This document shows, one piece after another, positions 18,527-28,698 of a DNA stretch of 64,000 nucleotides (its first letter is position 1; each line of letters starts with the position of its first letter). The translations under genes were made by a program, and so were the position numbers. The stretch covers positions 3,744 through 67,743 of the forward strand of contig JAOZVS010000089.1 in the NCBI GenBank assembly GCA_025869435.1, read 5' to 3'. Under the pieces are notes generated by a model, which was not told where the DNA came from, did no database searches, and saw only the letters and a list, made by a program, of their open reading frames with translations. Source of the stretch: Zavarzinia sp. Lineage in GTDB: Bacteria; Pseudomonadota; Alphaproteobacteria; Zavarziniales; Zavarziniaceae.

Positions 18527-18559
18527 AAGGGCCGGGTTCCCCCGAGGGACCCGGCCCTT
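18527..18559. terminator. Hairpin between convergent genes (probable terminator)
   Basis: AAGGGCCGGGTTCC-loop-GGGACCCGGCCCTT; no clear U-tract. Confidence 0.55.
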
Positions 18560-18572
18560 GCCTGTCCGCCGT

Positions 18573-19136
18573 TCAGCGCGGCGAATGCTTGGCCAGGATA
18601 CGCTGCAGGGTCCGGCGATGCATGTTCAGCCGGCGCGCCGTTTCCGAGACATTGCGCTCGCACAGTTCATAGATGCGGTTGATGTGTTCCCAGCGCACCC
18701 GGTCGGCCGACATCGGCCGATCCGGCGGCTCGGGCCGCGTGTCGCCCGAGGCCTGCAGGGCGGCATCGATATCGTCGGCATCGGCGGGCTTCGCCATGTA
18801 ATCGACGGCGCCGGCCTTCACCGCGGCAACCGCCGTCGCGATATTGCCGTAACCCGTCAGCATGACGACGCGGGCATCGGGATTGATATCCCGGATCGCG
18901 GCGATGACGTCGAGGCCATTGCCATCCGCGAGACGCAGGTCGCAGACGGCATAGCGCGGCGGATTGCTGCGCGCCGCGCTGATGCCGGCGGCGACCGATG
19001 GCGCCGTCGTGACAGCATAGCCGCGCTTGGCCAGCGCCCGGGCCAGGCGCTCGCGCAGGATATCATCGTCGTCGACCAGCAGCAGCGTGCGGTTAGGGTC
19101 GACGTTCGAGGGCGCAGGCGTGGTGTCCATGGTCAT
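18573..19136 (-). CDS. regA: Redox response regulator RegA/PrrA/ActR
   Basis: REC domain, LTGYGNIATAVAAVK, PMSADRVRWEHI, NVSETARRLNMHRRTLQRILAK. Confidence 0.97.
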   Translation of the reverse strand: MTMDTTPAPSNVDPNRTLLLVDDDDILRERLARALAKRGYAVTTAPSVAAGISAARSNPPRYAVCDLRLADGNGLDVIAAIRDINPDARVVMLTGYGNIATAVAAVKAGAVDYMAKPADADDIDAALQASGDTRPEPPDRPMSADRVRWEHINRIYELCERNVSETARRLNMHRRTLQRILAKHSPR

Positions 19137-19150
19137 TCTGTCTCCCGTGC

Positions 19151-20503
19151 TCACTCGTTCCGAGTGTCGCCGGCGGCGGTCGCCTGACCGGAGCCGCCAA
19201 TGTCCAATATGCCCCGGGGCCAGCGAATCGCAACCTCCGCGCCGCGTCCGACCCGATTGAAGAAGCCGATGCGCCCGCCCGAATGCTCGATCAGCGTCTT
19301 GGCGATGAAAACGCCAAGGCCAAGCCCCTCGCCCTTCCGCGTCGTCACATAGGGCTCGCCCAGGGATTCGAGAATTTCCGCCGAGAAACCGGGGCCATCA
19401 TCACTGACGGCGACCACGACTTCCCGCTCGTCCCAGTCGATGGTGATCACCACCTGTTCCCGGGCGAAACGCATGGCGTTTTCGACCAGATTGCCAAGGC
19501 CGTGGATGATTTCCGGGCTGCGCCGGACCTGCGGTTCCTCGCCCTCGCCGACATCCTCGATCTGGAAATTGATCTGGCGCCGCAGATGAGGCTCCGCCGC
19601 CGCCTCGACGAGGGCGGTCAGGCCGAGGATGGAGAAGGTCTCGTCCCGCATGTCCTCGGGCCGGCGGGACAGGCGCGACAGGATCTCGCGGCAGCGCGCG
19701 GTCTGGCTGCGCAGGATGGCGAGATCCTCGGCCTGAGGGCTGTCCGCCAGATCGTCCGCCAGTTCGCGGACGACGATGGCGATGGTCGCCAGTGGCGTGC
19801 CGAGTTCATGCGCCGCCGCCGCCGCCAGCGTGCCCAGGGCGGAAAGCTGCTGTTCCCGGGCGAGGGCATCCCGAGTCGCGGCGAAGGCGCTGGACAGGCG
19901 CCGCGCTTCCGCCGCGACACGCCAGGCATAGGTGACGATGAAGACCATGCCGAGCGAGAGGCTGGCCCAGATGCCGATCATGTAGATGGGATCGATGTCG
20001 AAGGGCTGGCCCCGCCAGGGCAGCGGCAGATGCAGCACCGAGAGCATGGTGATGCAGGCGAAGGCCAGCGCGCCAAGGCCGATGGTCAGCCCGAGTTCGA
20101 GGATCGTCGCCGAAATCGTGACCGGCACCAGAATAAGGAAGGAGAAGGGATTCTGCAGCCCACCGGTCAGATAGAGCAGCGCGGCGAGTTGCAGGATGTC
20201 ATAGGCGAGATAGAGTCCGGCCTCCCGGTCCGACAGGCGTTTGGCCGCCGGATAGACCGCCTGAAGCACGATGTTCAGCAGGATGGAGGCCGCGATCGGA
20301 ATCGAGATCGCCACCATCGGCAGCGGAAAATCGAGGATCACGGCCACGACGAACAGCGCGCCGGTCTGGCCGGCAACCGCCAGCCAGCGCAACAGGACGA
20401 GGGTGTGGAGCCGCAGGGGCGCGCCAGCCGCCGCCTTGGTCAGCGATGTCGCCGGGTTTTCCCGTTCCAGGTCTTCGCGCGGGGACTGCATCATGATCGC
20501 CAT
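19151..20503 (-). CDS. regB: Redox sensor kinase RegB/PrrB/ActS
   Basis: LRWLAVAGQ, quinone-site GGLQNPF, AAAAAHELGTPLATI, redox Cys in RCREIL. Confidence 0.96.
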   Translation of the reverse strand: MAIMMQSPREDLERENPATSLTKAAAGAPLRLHTLVLLRWLAVAGQTGALFVVAVILDFPLPMVAISIPIAASILLNIVLQAVYPAAKRLSDREAGLYLAYDILQLAALLYLTGGLQNPFSFLILVPVTISATILELGLTIGLGALAFACITMLSVLHLPLPWRGQPFDIDPIYMIGIWASLSLGMVFIVTYAWRVAAEARRLSSAFAATRDALAREQQLSALGTLAAAAAHELGTPLATIAIVVRELADDLADSPQAEDLAILRSQTARCREILSRLSRRPEDMRDETFSILGLTALVEAAAEPHLRRQINFQIEDVGEGEEPQVRRSPEIIHGLGNLVENAMRFAREQVVITIDWDEREVVVAVSDDGPGFSAEILESLGEPYVTTRKGEGLGLGVFIAKTLIEHSGGRIGFFNRVGRGAEVAIRWPRGILDIGGSGQATAAGDTRNE

Positions 20504-20552
20504 GGCGCCAGACTAGAGAGTGGACGGCCCCCTGGCCACAGCATTGCGCTCG

Positions 20553-20846
20553 CTAACCCTCTGACTTTGTGTTGAAGGCGGCGAGCTGTTCCTTCGTCGC
20601 CTCGCGCTGGTACAGCTTTTTCCACTCGTCATAGGCCATGCCGTAGACTTCGGCCCGCGCCTCGTCCTTGCTCAGGGCGACACCGGCCTCGTCGGCGGCC
20701 TCCTTCAGCCAGTTCGACAGGCAGTTGCGGCAGAAGCCCGCCAGAGTCATCAGGTCGATGTTCTGGACATCCACCCGCTCGCGCAGATGCCCGACGAGGC
20801 GGCGAAAGGCGGCCGCCTCCAGTTCGATCCGGGTTCCGTCATCCAT
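20553..20846 (-). CDS. DUF1244 family protein
   Basis: ELEAAAFRRL, DVQNIDLM.LAGFCRNCLS.W, VYGM.Y.EWK. Confidence 0.9.
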   Translation of the reverse strand: MDDGTRIELEAAAFRRLVGHLRERVDVQNIDLMTLAGFCRNCLSNWLKEAADEAGVALSKDEARAEVYGMAYDEWKKLYQREATKEQLAAFNTKSEG

Positions 20847-20863
20847 GGTCGATCGCCTTTCCG

Positions 20864-23479
20864 GTGAAGCGCATAGGGTTGATTAACTTTTGGCAGCGAA
20901 AATCCCGCCATGCAACCGCCCCGCCAGCGTCCATGACTGCGTCCGCTGCGCCTCCTCCGCGGACCCCGAGAACACCGCCCCATGTCATCATGTGGCGGCT
21001 GTCGGCTCTCATTGCCATTCTTGGCCTGCTGTTCGGCACCCATTTGCTGCTCGACCGCCGGGCATTTCTTGGCGAGATCACGGCGAGCACCAGGCTGGGC
21101 GCCACCATATTGGGCGACTGGACGGCCCGAACCTTCGACTTCACGAGCAGCCTGATGGCCGCGGCGGGCGAACTGACGGAAGCGCGTCAGTCGCATGATG
21201 ACGCCGAGACCATCGGCACCGCCTTTCATCGCCTGCTGGGGGTGAACCCCGCGGTGGTCGACCTCGGCCTCTACACGGCGGAGGGCCGATTGCTCGGCTC
21301 CGCCCAGCGGGGCGGCCGATTGCCGGAACAGCTTCGCGAGCCGGCCTGGCGCGCGCCCCTGACCCTGCCCGGTATCGGCCCCGCCACGGTCGGCGCGGTG
21401 CAGGAGGATCGCCGTGGCCGGCCGTTGATCACCGCGGCCTACCAGCTGCGGACCGGGGAGTTGCTGGTCGGCGCGATCGATCCCGACTACATGGTCGCGG
21501 CCTTCCGCACCGTCCTGCGCCGGCCGGCCAGCGTCGTCACCCTACTCGATTCCAAAGGCCAGATCATGGCCCGCACCCGAAAGGATCGTTTCATCATCGG
21601 CGGCACCCTGCCGATGACCGTCACCGCGGCCGACGCCGAAATCGAGGGCGTCGCGAATGCCGATCCGCGCCTTGCCGGCGAGGCCCCGATCGCCCGCCTC
21701 GGCCTCGACCTGACGCTGACCACCTCGAAGCAGGATATCGCCGCCGAATGGTGGCGGCGCCAGACCCTGTTCATCGCGATGTTCGCCGCCGCGCTGTCGG
21801 TGCTGATCGTCGGCGGCCATGCGTTCTACAAACGCCTGCTCGACATCGAGCGCAATCGGATCGACCTTCGGCAGGCCCGGGACCGCGCGCAGGACGCCAG
21901 CGAGGCGAAATCCCGCTTCCTCGCCATGATGAGCCACGAGCTTCGCACGCCGATGACCGGCGTCATCGGCACGCTCGACCTGCTCCGGCAAAGCGCGCTG
22001 ACCGGCCGTCAGGCCCAGCTCGTCAAGGTGCTGGCGACATCGGCCAATGCCCTGCTCGAAGTGCTGAACGATATTCTCGACTTTTCCAAGATCGAAGCGG
22101 GCGCCGTGCAGATCGAGGCCGTCGATTTCCGCCTTGAAGACGTCCTCGAAAACACGACCGACATGTTCGAGGCCCGCTGCCAGCAGAAGAACATCCGCCT
22201 GACCACGGTGATCGAGCGCGATGTGCCGACCTGGCTGACCGGCGATCCGACCCGCATCCGACAGGTCCTGACCAATCTCGTGGGCAATGCGGTCAAATTC
22301 ACCGAGGGCGGCGAGATCGGTCTTCGGGTCTGCCTTCGGACCCTCGGCGAGAAGCCTATGGGGGGACCCATCCACCTCCTGTTCTCGGTACAGGATTCCG
22401 GCGTCGGCATATCCAGCGCCACCCAGTCCCATCTGTTCGAGCCCTTCGTCCAGGCCGACGCCTCGACCGCGCGGCGTTATGGCGGCACGGGGCTCGGCCT
22501 TGCGATCTGCCGCCGGCTGGTTCAGGCCATGGGGGGCGAAATCGGCCTGACCAGCGCCATCGGCAACGGCAGCCGGTTCTGGTTCACCGTGCGTCTCGAG
22601 CGGGCCCCGGGCCAGCCGCGCGCGGCATCCGCCGTGACTTCCCCCACGCCGGCATCGGCGACGCCGCACAATGGTGCCCGTGTCCTTGTCGCCGAAGACA
22701 ACGAGATCAACCGTTTCCTGATCCGGGAACAGCTGACCCGGCGCGGCTATCGGGTGACGACGGTCGAGAACGGATGGCAGGCGGTCGAGGAACAGCGCAA
22801 CAACCCGCATGACCTCGTCATTCTCGACATGCGGATGCCGGTGATGGACGGGCCGACCGCCCTTGCCCATATCCGGGCGCTCGACGGTGTCGCCGCGACC
22901 TGTCCGGTGGTGGCCCTGACCGCCGACGCCCTGGCGGAAGAAATCGAAATCTATATCCGCAGCGGCGTCGACGCCCTGCACACCAAGCCGATCGACTGGC
23001 TTGCCCTCGACGAGACCCTGTGCCGCCTTCTCGATCAGAGCGGGACGATGATCGCGGCGCGGGGCTCGCGGAAGGGAACGGCCCCGGCCGCCGTCCCGGT
23101 TTCCCTGCGGGGCCTCAATCGCGCCGATCCCGGCTTCGACCGCGCGATGATCGACGAACTGGCGGATGTGATGGATGCCCAGGCGATCCGGGAGTTGGTC
23201 GCTTCGTTCCGCGTCACCCTGGTCAAGGAAGGCGCCGTCCTGCGCGACGCCGCGCTGGCGGGCGACGCCGCCCGTCTGCGCGAGGCCGCCCATACCATCC
23301 AGGGCATGGCCGCCCAGATGGGGGCGAATGGCATCGCCACCGTCGCGCGGACCATCCGCCTCGACGGGCCGAGCCCGATATCGCCCGAGGACCTGCCGGC
23401 CCGCCTCGACCTCTATGACACGATCGTGGACGCGACCCTGAACCGGATCGATGTCTTCACCAGCCTAGGCGCCGCCTGA
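20864..23479 (+). CDS. Hybrid sensor histidine kinase (periplasmic sensor, HisKA, HATPase, REC, HPt); start uncertain (20864, 20933 or 20990)
   Basis: Two TMs, FLAMMSHELRTP, NLVGNAVKFT, GGTGLGL, REC (AEDN, LDMRMP, KP), HPt AHTIQGMAAQMG. Confidence 0.93.
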   Translation: MKRIGLINFWQRKSRHATAPPASMTASAAPPPRTPRTPPHVIMWRLSALIAILGLLFGTHLLLDRRAFLGEITASTRLGATILGDWTARTFDFTSSLMAAAGELTEARQSHDDAETIGTAFHRLLGVNPAVVDLGLYTAEGRLLGSAQRGGRLPEQLREPAWRAPLTLPGIGPATVGAVQEDRRGRPLITAAYQLRTGELLVGAIDPDYMVAAFRTVLRRPASVVTLLDSKGQIMARTRKDRFIIGGTLPMTVTAADAEIEGVANADPRLAGEAPIARLGLDLTLTTSKQDIAAEWWRRQTLFIAMFAAALSVLIVGGHAFYKRLLDIERNRIDLRQARDRAQDASEAKSRFLAMMSHELRTPMTGVIGTLDLLRQSALTGRQAQLVKVLATSANALLEVLNDILDFSKIEAGAVQIEAVDFRLEDVLENTTDMFEARCQQKNIRLTTVIERDVPTWLTGDPTRIRQVLTNLVGNAVKFTEGGEIGLRVCLRTLGEKPMGGPIHLLFSVQDSGVGISSATQSHLFEPFVQADASTARRYGGTGLGLAICRRLVQAMGGEIGLTSAIGNGSRFWFTVRLERAPGQPRAASAVTSPTPASATPHNGARVLVAEDNEINRFLIREQLTRRGYRVTTVENGWQAVEEQRNNPHDLVILDMRMPVMDGPTALAHIRALDGVAATCPVVALTADALAEEIEIYIRSGVDALHTKPIDWLALDETLCRLLDQSGTMIAARGSRKGTAPAAVPVSLRGLNRADPGFDRAMIDELADVMDAQAIRELVASFRVTLVKEGAVLRDAALAGDAARLREAAHTIQGMAAQMGANGIATVARTIRLDGPSPISPEDLPARLDLYDTIVDATLNRIDVFTSLGAA

Positions 23480-24434
23480 CCTCCGCCGCGATGCGCGGCA
23501 TCTCGTCCAGCGGCTCATAGGTCCAGCGCCCGAAGCTGCCGTCGAACCAGCGCACATAACCATCGGCGACGAGATCGTCGACGAAACGGCCGAGGCGCTT
23601 CGAGCGGCCGGGCAGTCGGGCGACATGAACGGGCCGGCCGGTCAGCAGCGCTTCCGAGATCATCGAAACCGAATCGGCCGTGATCACCAGGTGATCGGCA
23701 AGGCCGAGCAGGCCGAAATAGGGATTGTCGCCCTTGCCGTCCCAGATGAAGCGCGGCCGGTCGCCGAGCGCCTGGCGCAGCGCGTCGAGGGCGGCGGGGC
23801 CGGTGCGCCGCGACGGCGTCACCGCGAGGCTGCCGCCGATGGCGCTGGCGGCGGCGGCCAGTTCCGCGCCCAGCGCCGCCCCCGAGCGGGCATCGAGACG
23901 ATAACGCCGGTTGGAGCCGCCCAGAAGAACACCGATCAGCGGCCGGGGCATATGGGCGAGGCGGTCGCGCCATTGCGCGGCGCCGGCCTCGATCTTCGCC
24001 AGGGTGACCCGGTGCAGGCCGGCCCTGGTCTCGACGACATTGCTCCCCGCCAGCCGGTCGTGGCGGGGTGCGACGACGACATCGAACAGGCCGAGCGGCA
24101 TCTTCGGATTCTGCAGATGGACGAGGCGGGTGCGCCCGCCGCTGGCCTTGCGGATGGCGACGGCGAGGGGCGCCGCGACATTGCCGGTCGAGATCACGAG
24201 ATCGGGCCAGGGCGGGGTCAGCGGGTCGCTGTCCGCCGTCGGCGCCTTCAAGGGACAGGGCCAGAGCCGGCCGGGCAGCCAGTCCCACGGCCGGCGCGCC
24301 CGCGCCCGCTTCACCGCGTAAGGCAGGCCGAGGGCCTCGGCGAGGCCGACGACCTGGGTTTCCATCCCGGCGTGGCCTTCGCTGAGGCACCAGACAAGAG
24401 CCGGCGCCGCTGCCGGCGACAGGGCCGTCGTCAC
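23457..24434 (-). CDS. Mitochondrial fission ELM1-family protein
   Basis: EGHAGMETQVVGLAEAL, PPWPDLVI, TPSRRT, NPYFGLL, TADSVSMISEA; GTG start after GGGGAG. Confidence 0.88.
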   Translation of the reverse strand: MTTALSPAAAPALVWCLSEGHAGMETQVVGLAEALGLPYAVKRARARRPWDWLPGRLWPCPLKAPTADSDPLTPPWPDLVISTGNVAAPLAVAIRKASGGRTRLVHLQNPKMPLGLFDVVVAPRHDRLAGSNVVETRAGLHRVTLAKIEAGAAQWRDRLAHMPRPLIGVLLGGSNRRYRLDARSGAALGAELAAAASAIGGSLAVTPSRRTGPAALDALRQALGDRPRFIWDGKGDNPYFGLLGLADHLVITADSVSMISEALLTGRPVHVARLPGRSKRLGRFVDDLVADGYVRWFDGSFGRWTYEPLDEMPRIAAEVRRRLGW

Positions 24435-24470
24435 CACCACTCTCCCCGCCGGACGCGATGGAACAGAACC

Positions 24471-24527
24471 CGCGCCGGATCTTCGGCGCAGAGGTTTCCG
24501 CGCGCCGTATCTTCGGCGCAGAGGTTT
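24471..24527. repeat. Tandem 27-bp direct repeat (period 30), each copy a hairpin
   Basis: CGCGCCG(G/T)ATCTTCGGCGCAGAGGTTT at 24471 and 24501, 26/27 identical. Confidence 0.9.
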
Positions 24528-24606
24528 AACGAGACCGGCGCCCGGCACAAGCCCGCAATTTCCAATAGGAACATGCGGCGGCGCCGCCGGCCCGCTATAA
24601 GACGGC

Positions 24607-25500
24607 ATGACCGCCTCCGCCCTGCCCCGGCCGGCCCCCGTCTGGGCCTTGCCCGCCCTCGCCCTCGGCGCCGCCTTCATCGGCGGCTCGCCGATCTTCG
24701 TGCGCCTGTCCGAACTCGGCCCGACGGCGACCGCGTTCTGGCGCCTCGCCCTCGCCCTGCCGCTCTATTACGCCTGGATGAAGATCGCCGATCATCGCCG
24801 GGGGGCGCCGCCGCCCCCGCTGGCGCCCGGCTCGCGCCGCAGGCTGATCCTGGCGGGCCTGCTGTTCACCGGCGACCTGTTTTCCTGGCACTGGTCGATC
24901 CACATGACGAGCGTCGCCAATTCGACGCTGCTGGCCAATTTCGCCCCGGTCTTCGTCGTCTTCGGCGCCTGGCTGCTGTTCGGCGACCGGCCCCGGCCCG
25001 TGTTCCTCGCCGGTCTCGCCCTGACCGTGGCCGGCGCCGCCTGCCTGATCGGCGAGAGTTTCTCGATCGGAACGCAGAATGCCGCGGGCGACGGCCTCGC
25101 CCTCGTCACCGCGTTCTTTTTCGGCACCTATCTTCTCGCCGTGAAGGACCTGCGCGAGCGTCTCGACGCGCCCCGGCTGATGCTCTGGTCGAGCGTCGTC
25201 ACCGCCGCCGCCCTGCTGCCCCTTGCCCTCGTCACGGGCGAATCGATCCTGCCGACGAGTCTCGAGGGTTTCCTTGTCCTGCTGGGCCTCGCCTGGATCA
25301 GCCAGGCCCTGGGACAGGGCCTGATCGCCGAAGCCTTCGGCCACCTGCCGGCGGGTTTTTCGTCCCTCGTCATCCTGATCGAGCCGCTGTCGGCCGCCAT
25401 CCTCGGCTGGGTGCTGCTGGGCGAGGCGCTGGGGCCGTGGCAGGCACTGGGCGGCGCCCTGATCCTGTTCGGGATTTTCGTCGCGCGGCGAGGCAGCTGA
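24607..25500 (+). CDS. DMT/EamA-family transporter
   Basis: About ten hydrophobic helices in two EamA repeats; SPIFVRL, TSVANSTLL, IEPL.A. Confidence 0.9.
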   Translation: MTASALPRPAPVWALPALALGAAFIGGSPIFVRLSELGPTATAFWRLALALPLYYAWMKIADHRRGAPPPPLAPGSRRRLILAGLLFTGDLFSWHWSIHMTSVANSTLLANFAPVFVVFGAWLLFGDRPRPVFLAGLALTVAGAACLIGESFSIGTQNAAGDGLALVTAFFFGTYLLAVKDLRERLDAPRLMLWSSVVTAAALLPLALVTGESILPTSLEGFLVLLGLAWISQALGQGLIAEAFGHLPAGFSSLVILIEPLSAAILGWVLLGEALGPWQALGGALILFGIFVARRGS

Positions 25501-25502
25501 GC

Positions 25503-26744
25503 ATGGCCGGCGACGACCCCCGTCACCTGATGTTCGCCGCCGCCCTGGCCGCCGCCGATGCCGGGGCGGCGACCCTGCGCCATCTGCCGCCGGTGCCCCG
25601 GGGCCGTACCGTCGTCGTCGGCGCCGGCAAGGCCACCGCCGCCATGGCCGCCGCGCTCGACACCGCCTGGCCCGGCCCGCTGGACGGCCTGGTCGTCACC
25701 CGGGTCGGTCATGGCCTGCCGGCCGGCCGGATCGAGGTGATCGAGGCCGGCCATCCGGTGCCCGACGCGGCGGGCGAGGTCGCCGCCCGGCGCATCCTCG
25801 CCGCCGTCAGGGGCCTTGGTCCCGACGATCTCGTCATCGCCCTCGTCTCGGGCGGCGGCTCCGCGCTTCTCGCCCTGCCGGCGCCGGGGATCGCCCTGGC
25901 CGACAAGCAGGCGGTGACCCGCGCCCTGTTGCGGGCCGGCACGCCGATCGGCGAGATCAATGTCGTGCGCAAGCATCTCTCGGCCATCAAGGGCGGGCGG
26001 CTGGCCCTCGCGGCGGCACCGGCGCCCGTCCACACGCTGATGGTCTCGGACGTGCCGGGGGATGACCCCGCCATCATCGCCTCCGGCCCCACCCTGCCCG
26101 ACCCGTCGACGCGGGAAGAGGCCCAGGCGATTCTGGGTCGCTGGTCGATCGCGGTGCCGGACAGTATCAAGGCCTGGCTGGCGGATCCCGCGTCCGAGAC
26201 CCCAAAGCCCGGCGATCCCCGCTTCGGCGCCCTGACGCCGGCCCTCGTGCTGCGGCCGGCCGACGCCCTGGCCGCCGCCGCCGCCACGGCGAGGGCGGCC
26301 GGCTGGCGGGTGATCGAGCTTGGTCACCGGATCGAGGGCGAGGCGCGGCAAGTCGGCGCCGCCCATGCCCTGCTGGCCCTGAGCCTCGCGGGCAGCGCGC
26401 CGACCGCCATCCTCTCGGGCGGGGAATTGACCGTCACCGTCACGGGCGACGGCGCGGGCGGCCCCAGCAAGGAATATCTGATGGGCCTCGCCCTCGCCCT
26501 CGGCGGCACGCCCGGCATTGCCGCCCTCGCCTGCGATACCGATGGCATCGACGGCGGCAGCGACGACGCCGGTGCCCGCATCGACGAGACGACACTGGCG
26601 CGCGCCGCCGCCCTTGGCCTCGACACCGCCTCCATGCTGGCGGCCCATCGGTCGCGGGATTTCTTCGCCGCGCTCGGCGACCTGGTGGTGACCGGGCCGA
26701 CCCGGACCAACGTCAACGATTTCCGGGTGATCACGGTCACCTGA
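25503..26744 (+). CDS. Glycerate kinase type 2 (MOFRL/TtuD family)
   Basis: GAGKA, AGHPVPD, SGGGSALL, RKHLSAIKGG, SDVPGD, DTDGIDG, TGPTRTNVND. Confidence 0.93.
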   Translation: MAGDDPRHLMFAAALAAADAGAATLRHLPPVPRGRTVVVGAGKATAAMAAALDTAWPGPLDGLVVTRVGHGLPAGRIEVIEAGHPVPDAAGEVAARRILAAVRGLGPDDLVIALVSGGGSALLALPAPGIALADKQAVTRALLRAGTPIGEINVVRKHLSAIKGGRLALAAAPAPVHTLMVSDVPGDDPAIIASGPTLPDPSTREEAQAILGRWSIAVPDSIKAWLADPASETPKPGDPRFGALTPALVLRPADALAAAAATARAAGWRVIELGHRIEGEARQVGAAHALLALSLAGSAPTAILSGGELTVTVTGDGAGGPSKEYLMGLALALGGTPGIAALACDTDGIDGGSDDAGARIDETTLARAAALGLDTASMLAAHRSRDFFAALGDLVVTGPTRTNVNDFRVITVT

Positions 26745-26796
26745 TCGCCATTGTTTCGCCATGGCAATGCCGCCGGAGCGGCGCTAACGTGCGGCC

Positions 26797-28239
26797 ATGA
26801 CCGAATATCGCAACCGCCGCGCGCGCATCATCGCCACCCTCGGCCCCGCCTCTTCCGACAAGGCCACCATCAAGGCCCTCGCCGAAGCCGGCGCCGACGT
26901 CTTTCGCCTGAACATGAGCCATGGCGCCCATGAGGATGCCCGCGCCCGCCATGCCGCGATCCGCGCGGTCGAGGCGGAACTGGGCCGGCCGATCGGCATT
27001 CTCGCCGACCTGCAGGGGCCGAAGCTGCGCATCGGGCGCTTCGCCGAGGGTGCGATCGACATCGCCCCCGGCCACCGCATCCGGCTCGACATGGACGAGA
27101 CCCCGGGCGATGCCCGCCGGGTCTGCCTGCCCCACCCCGAGATTTTCGCCGCCATGGCGCCGGGCACCGAATTGCTGCTGGACGACGGCCGCATCCGCCT
27201 GGTGATCGAGGAGACGGACAAGACCAGCGCCCTCGCCCGGGTCATCGAGGGCCGGCGCCTGTCCGACCGCAAGGGCGTGAATGTTCCCAACGCCATCCTG
27301 CCGCTGGCCGCGATGACGCCGAAGGATCTGCGCGATCTCGATTTCGCGCTGGAGATCGGCGTCGACTGGATCGCCCTGTCCTTCGTCCAGCGCCCCGAGG
27401 ACGTGCGCGAGCTGAAGGCCATCGTGCAGGGCCGCGCCGGCATCATCGCCAAGATCGAGAAACCTTCGGCGGTCGAGGATATCGACGCCATCCTGGCGGA
27501 ATCCGATGCGATCATGGTCGCGCGCGGCGACCTCGGCGTCGAGCTGCCGCTGGAAACCGTGCCCGGCATCCAGAAGCGCCTGACCGCCAAGGCGCGGGCC
27601 GCCGGCAAGCCGGTCGTCGTCGCGACCCAGATGCTGGAAAGCATGGTCAGCGCCCCCGTCCCCACGAGGGCCGAAGTCTCGGATGTCGCGACCGCGGTCT
27701 ATGACGGCGCGGACTGCGTGATGCTGTCGGCCGAATCGGCGGCCGGCGCCTTCCCGCTGGAAGCGGTCGCGACCATGGCGCGCATCGCCCATCAGGCGGA
27801 GCAGGATATCGTCTATGACGAGTTGATCCACGCCCGCCACGAGGCCACCGGCGATTCGATCGGCGAGGCCATCACCACCGCCGCCGGTAAGGTGGCGGCG
27901 ACGGTGCGGGCCGCCTGCATCGTCACCTTCACCTCGAGCGGCTCGACCGCGCTGCGCACGGCGCGGGAGCGGCCCGAGACCGATATCCTGGTGCTGACGC
28001 CCGATCTGAACACGGCGCGGCGCCTCGCCATCGCCTGGGGCCTGAGCTGCGTCGTCGTGCCCGACGTGTCGAATTTCGCCGAGATGGTCCAGCGCGCCGG
28101 CGCGACGGCGGCCGAACATGGCTTCGCCGAACCGGGCGACCGCATCGTCATCACCGCGGGCGTGCCCTTCGGCACGCCGGGGGCGACCAATATCCTGCGC
28201 GTCGCCATCGTCGGCCAGCCGGGCGGCCCCACCACCTGA
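26797..28239 (+). CDS. pyk: Pyruvate kinase
   Basis: ATLGPAS, FRLNMSHG, DLQGPKLR, AKIEK, MVARGDLGVE, ATQMLESM. Confidence 0.97.
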   Translation: MTEYRNRRARIIATLGPASSDKATIKALAEAGADVFRLNMSHGAHEDARARHAAIRAVEAELGRPIGILADLQGPKLRIGRFAEGAIDIAPGHRIRLDMDETPGDARRVCLPHPEIFAAMAPGTELLLDDGRIRLVIEETDKTSALARVIEGRRLSDRKGVNVPNAILPLAAMTPKDLRDLDFALEIGVDWIALSFVQRPEDVRELKAIVQGRAGIIAKIEKPSAVEDIDAILAESDAIMVARGDLGVELPLETVPGIQKRLTAKARAAGKPVVVATQMLESMVSAPVPTRAEVSDVATAVYDGADCVMLSAESAAGAFPLEAVATMARIAHQAEQDIVYDELIHARHEATGDSIGEAITTAAGKVAATVRAACIVTFTSSGSTALRTARERPETDILVLTPDLNTARRLAIAWGLSCVVVPDVSNFAEMVQRAGATAAEHGFAEPGDRIVITAGVPFGTPGATNILRVAIVGQPGGPTT

Positions 28240-28269
28240 GCCGGCGCGCCGGCGACGAGACTCAGGCCG

Positions 28270-28698
28270 TCAATGCAGCAGCGTGCCCATGGGCGGCGCC
28301 GGCTCGTCGTCCACGGCGACCTGCGCCGTATCGGCGAGCGGGCTGGCCTGGTGATGGACCAGATGCCATTCGCCCGCCTCGAGGATGAAGACATTGGTCG
28401 CCGCCAGCGGATTGCCGGCGATCACCTCGATCAGGACGACAAGGGCGTGACCAGGGCCGATCAGGCGGACCTGTTCGTCATGGCAGGCGACTTCCGGCGA
28501 GTCCGGGTGGGACAGGATCCCGCCCCAGGACTTCATCACCTCGTCCCGGCCGATCAGCGGCGGCCAGCCCGGATGGATGCAGGAAACCGGCGCTTCCCGC
28601 GCCCATAATGCCTTCATCGCGCCGATGTCGCGCCGCCGGAACACGGCATAGAAGGCCCGGTTGGCGGCCAGGATCGCCGCTTCGTCGTCTGCGCTCAT
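28270..28698 (-). CDS. SnoaL/NTF2-like family protein
   Basis: AANRAFY, CIHPGW, ATNVF, HHQASP. Confidence 0.85.
   Translation of the reverse strand: MSADDEAAILAANRAFYAVFRRRDIGAMKALWAREAPVSCIHPGWPPLIGRDEVMKSWGGILSHPDSPEVACHDEQVRLIGPGHALVVLIEVIAGNPLAATNVFILEAGEWHLVHHQASPLADTAQVAVDDEPAPPMGTLLH

Noticed and set aside
24471-24527. Possible mini-CRISPR array
   Set aside because: Only two copies, a 3-nt spacer and no cas genes.
23625-26744. Apparent 1039-aa fusion ending in glycerate kinase
   Set aside because: The N-terminal part is R/P/G-rich noise overlapping the ELM1 and DMT genes; the real start is the ATG at 25503.
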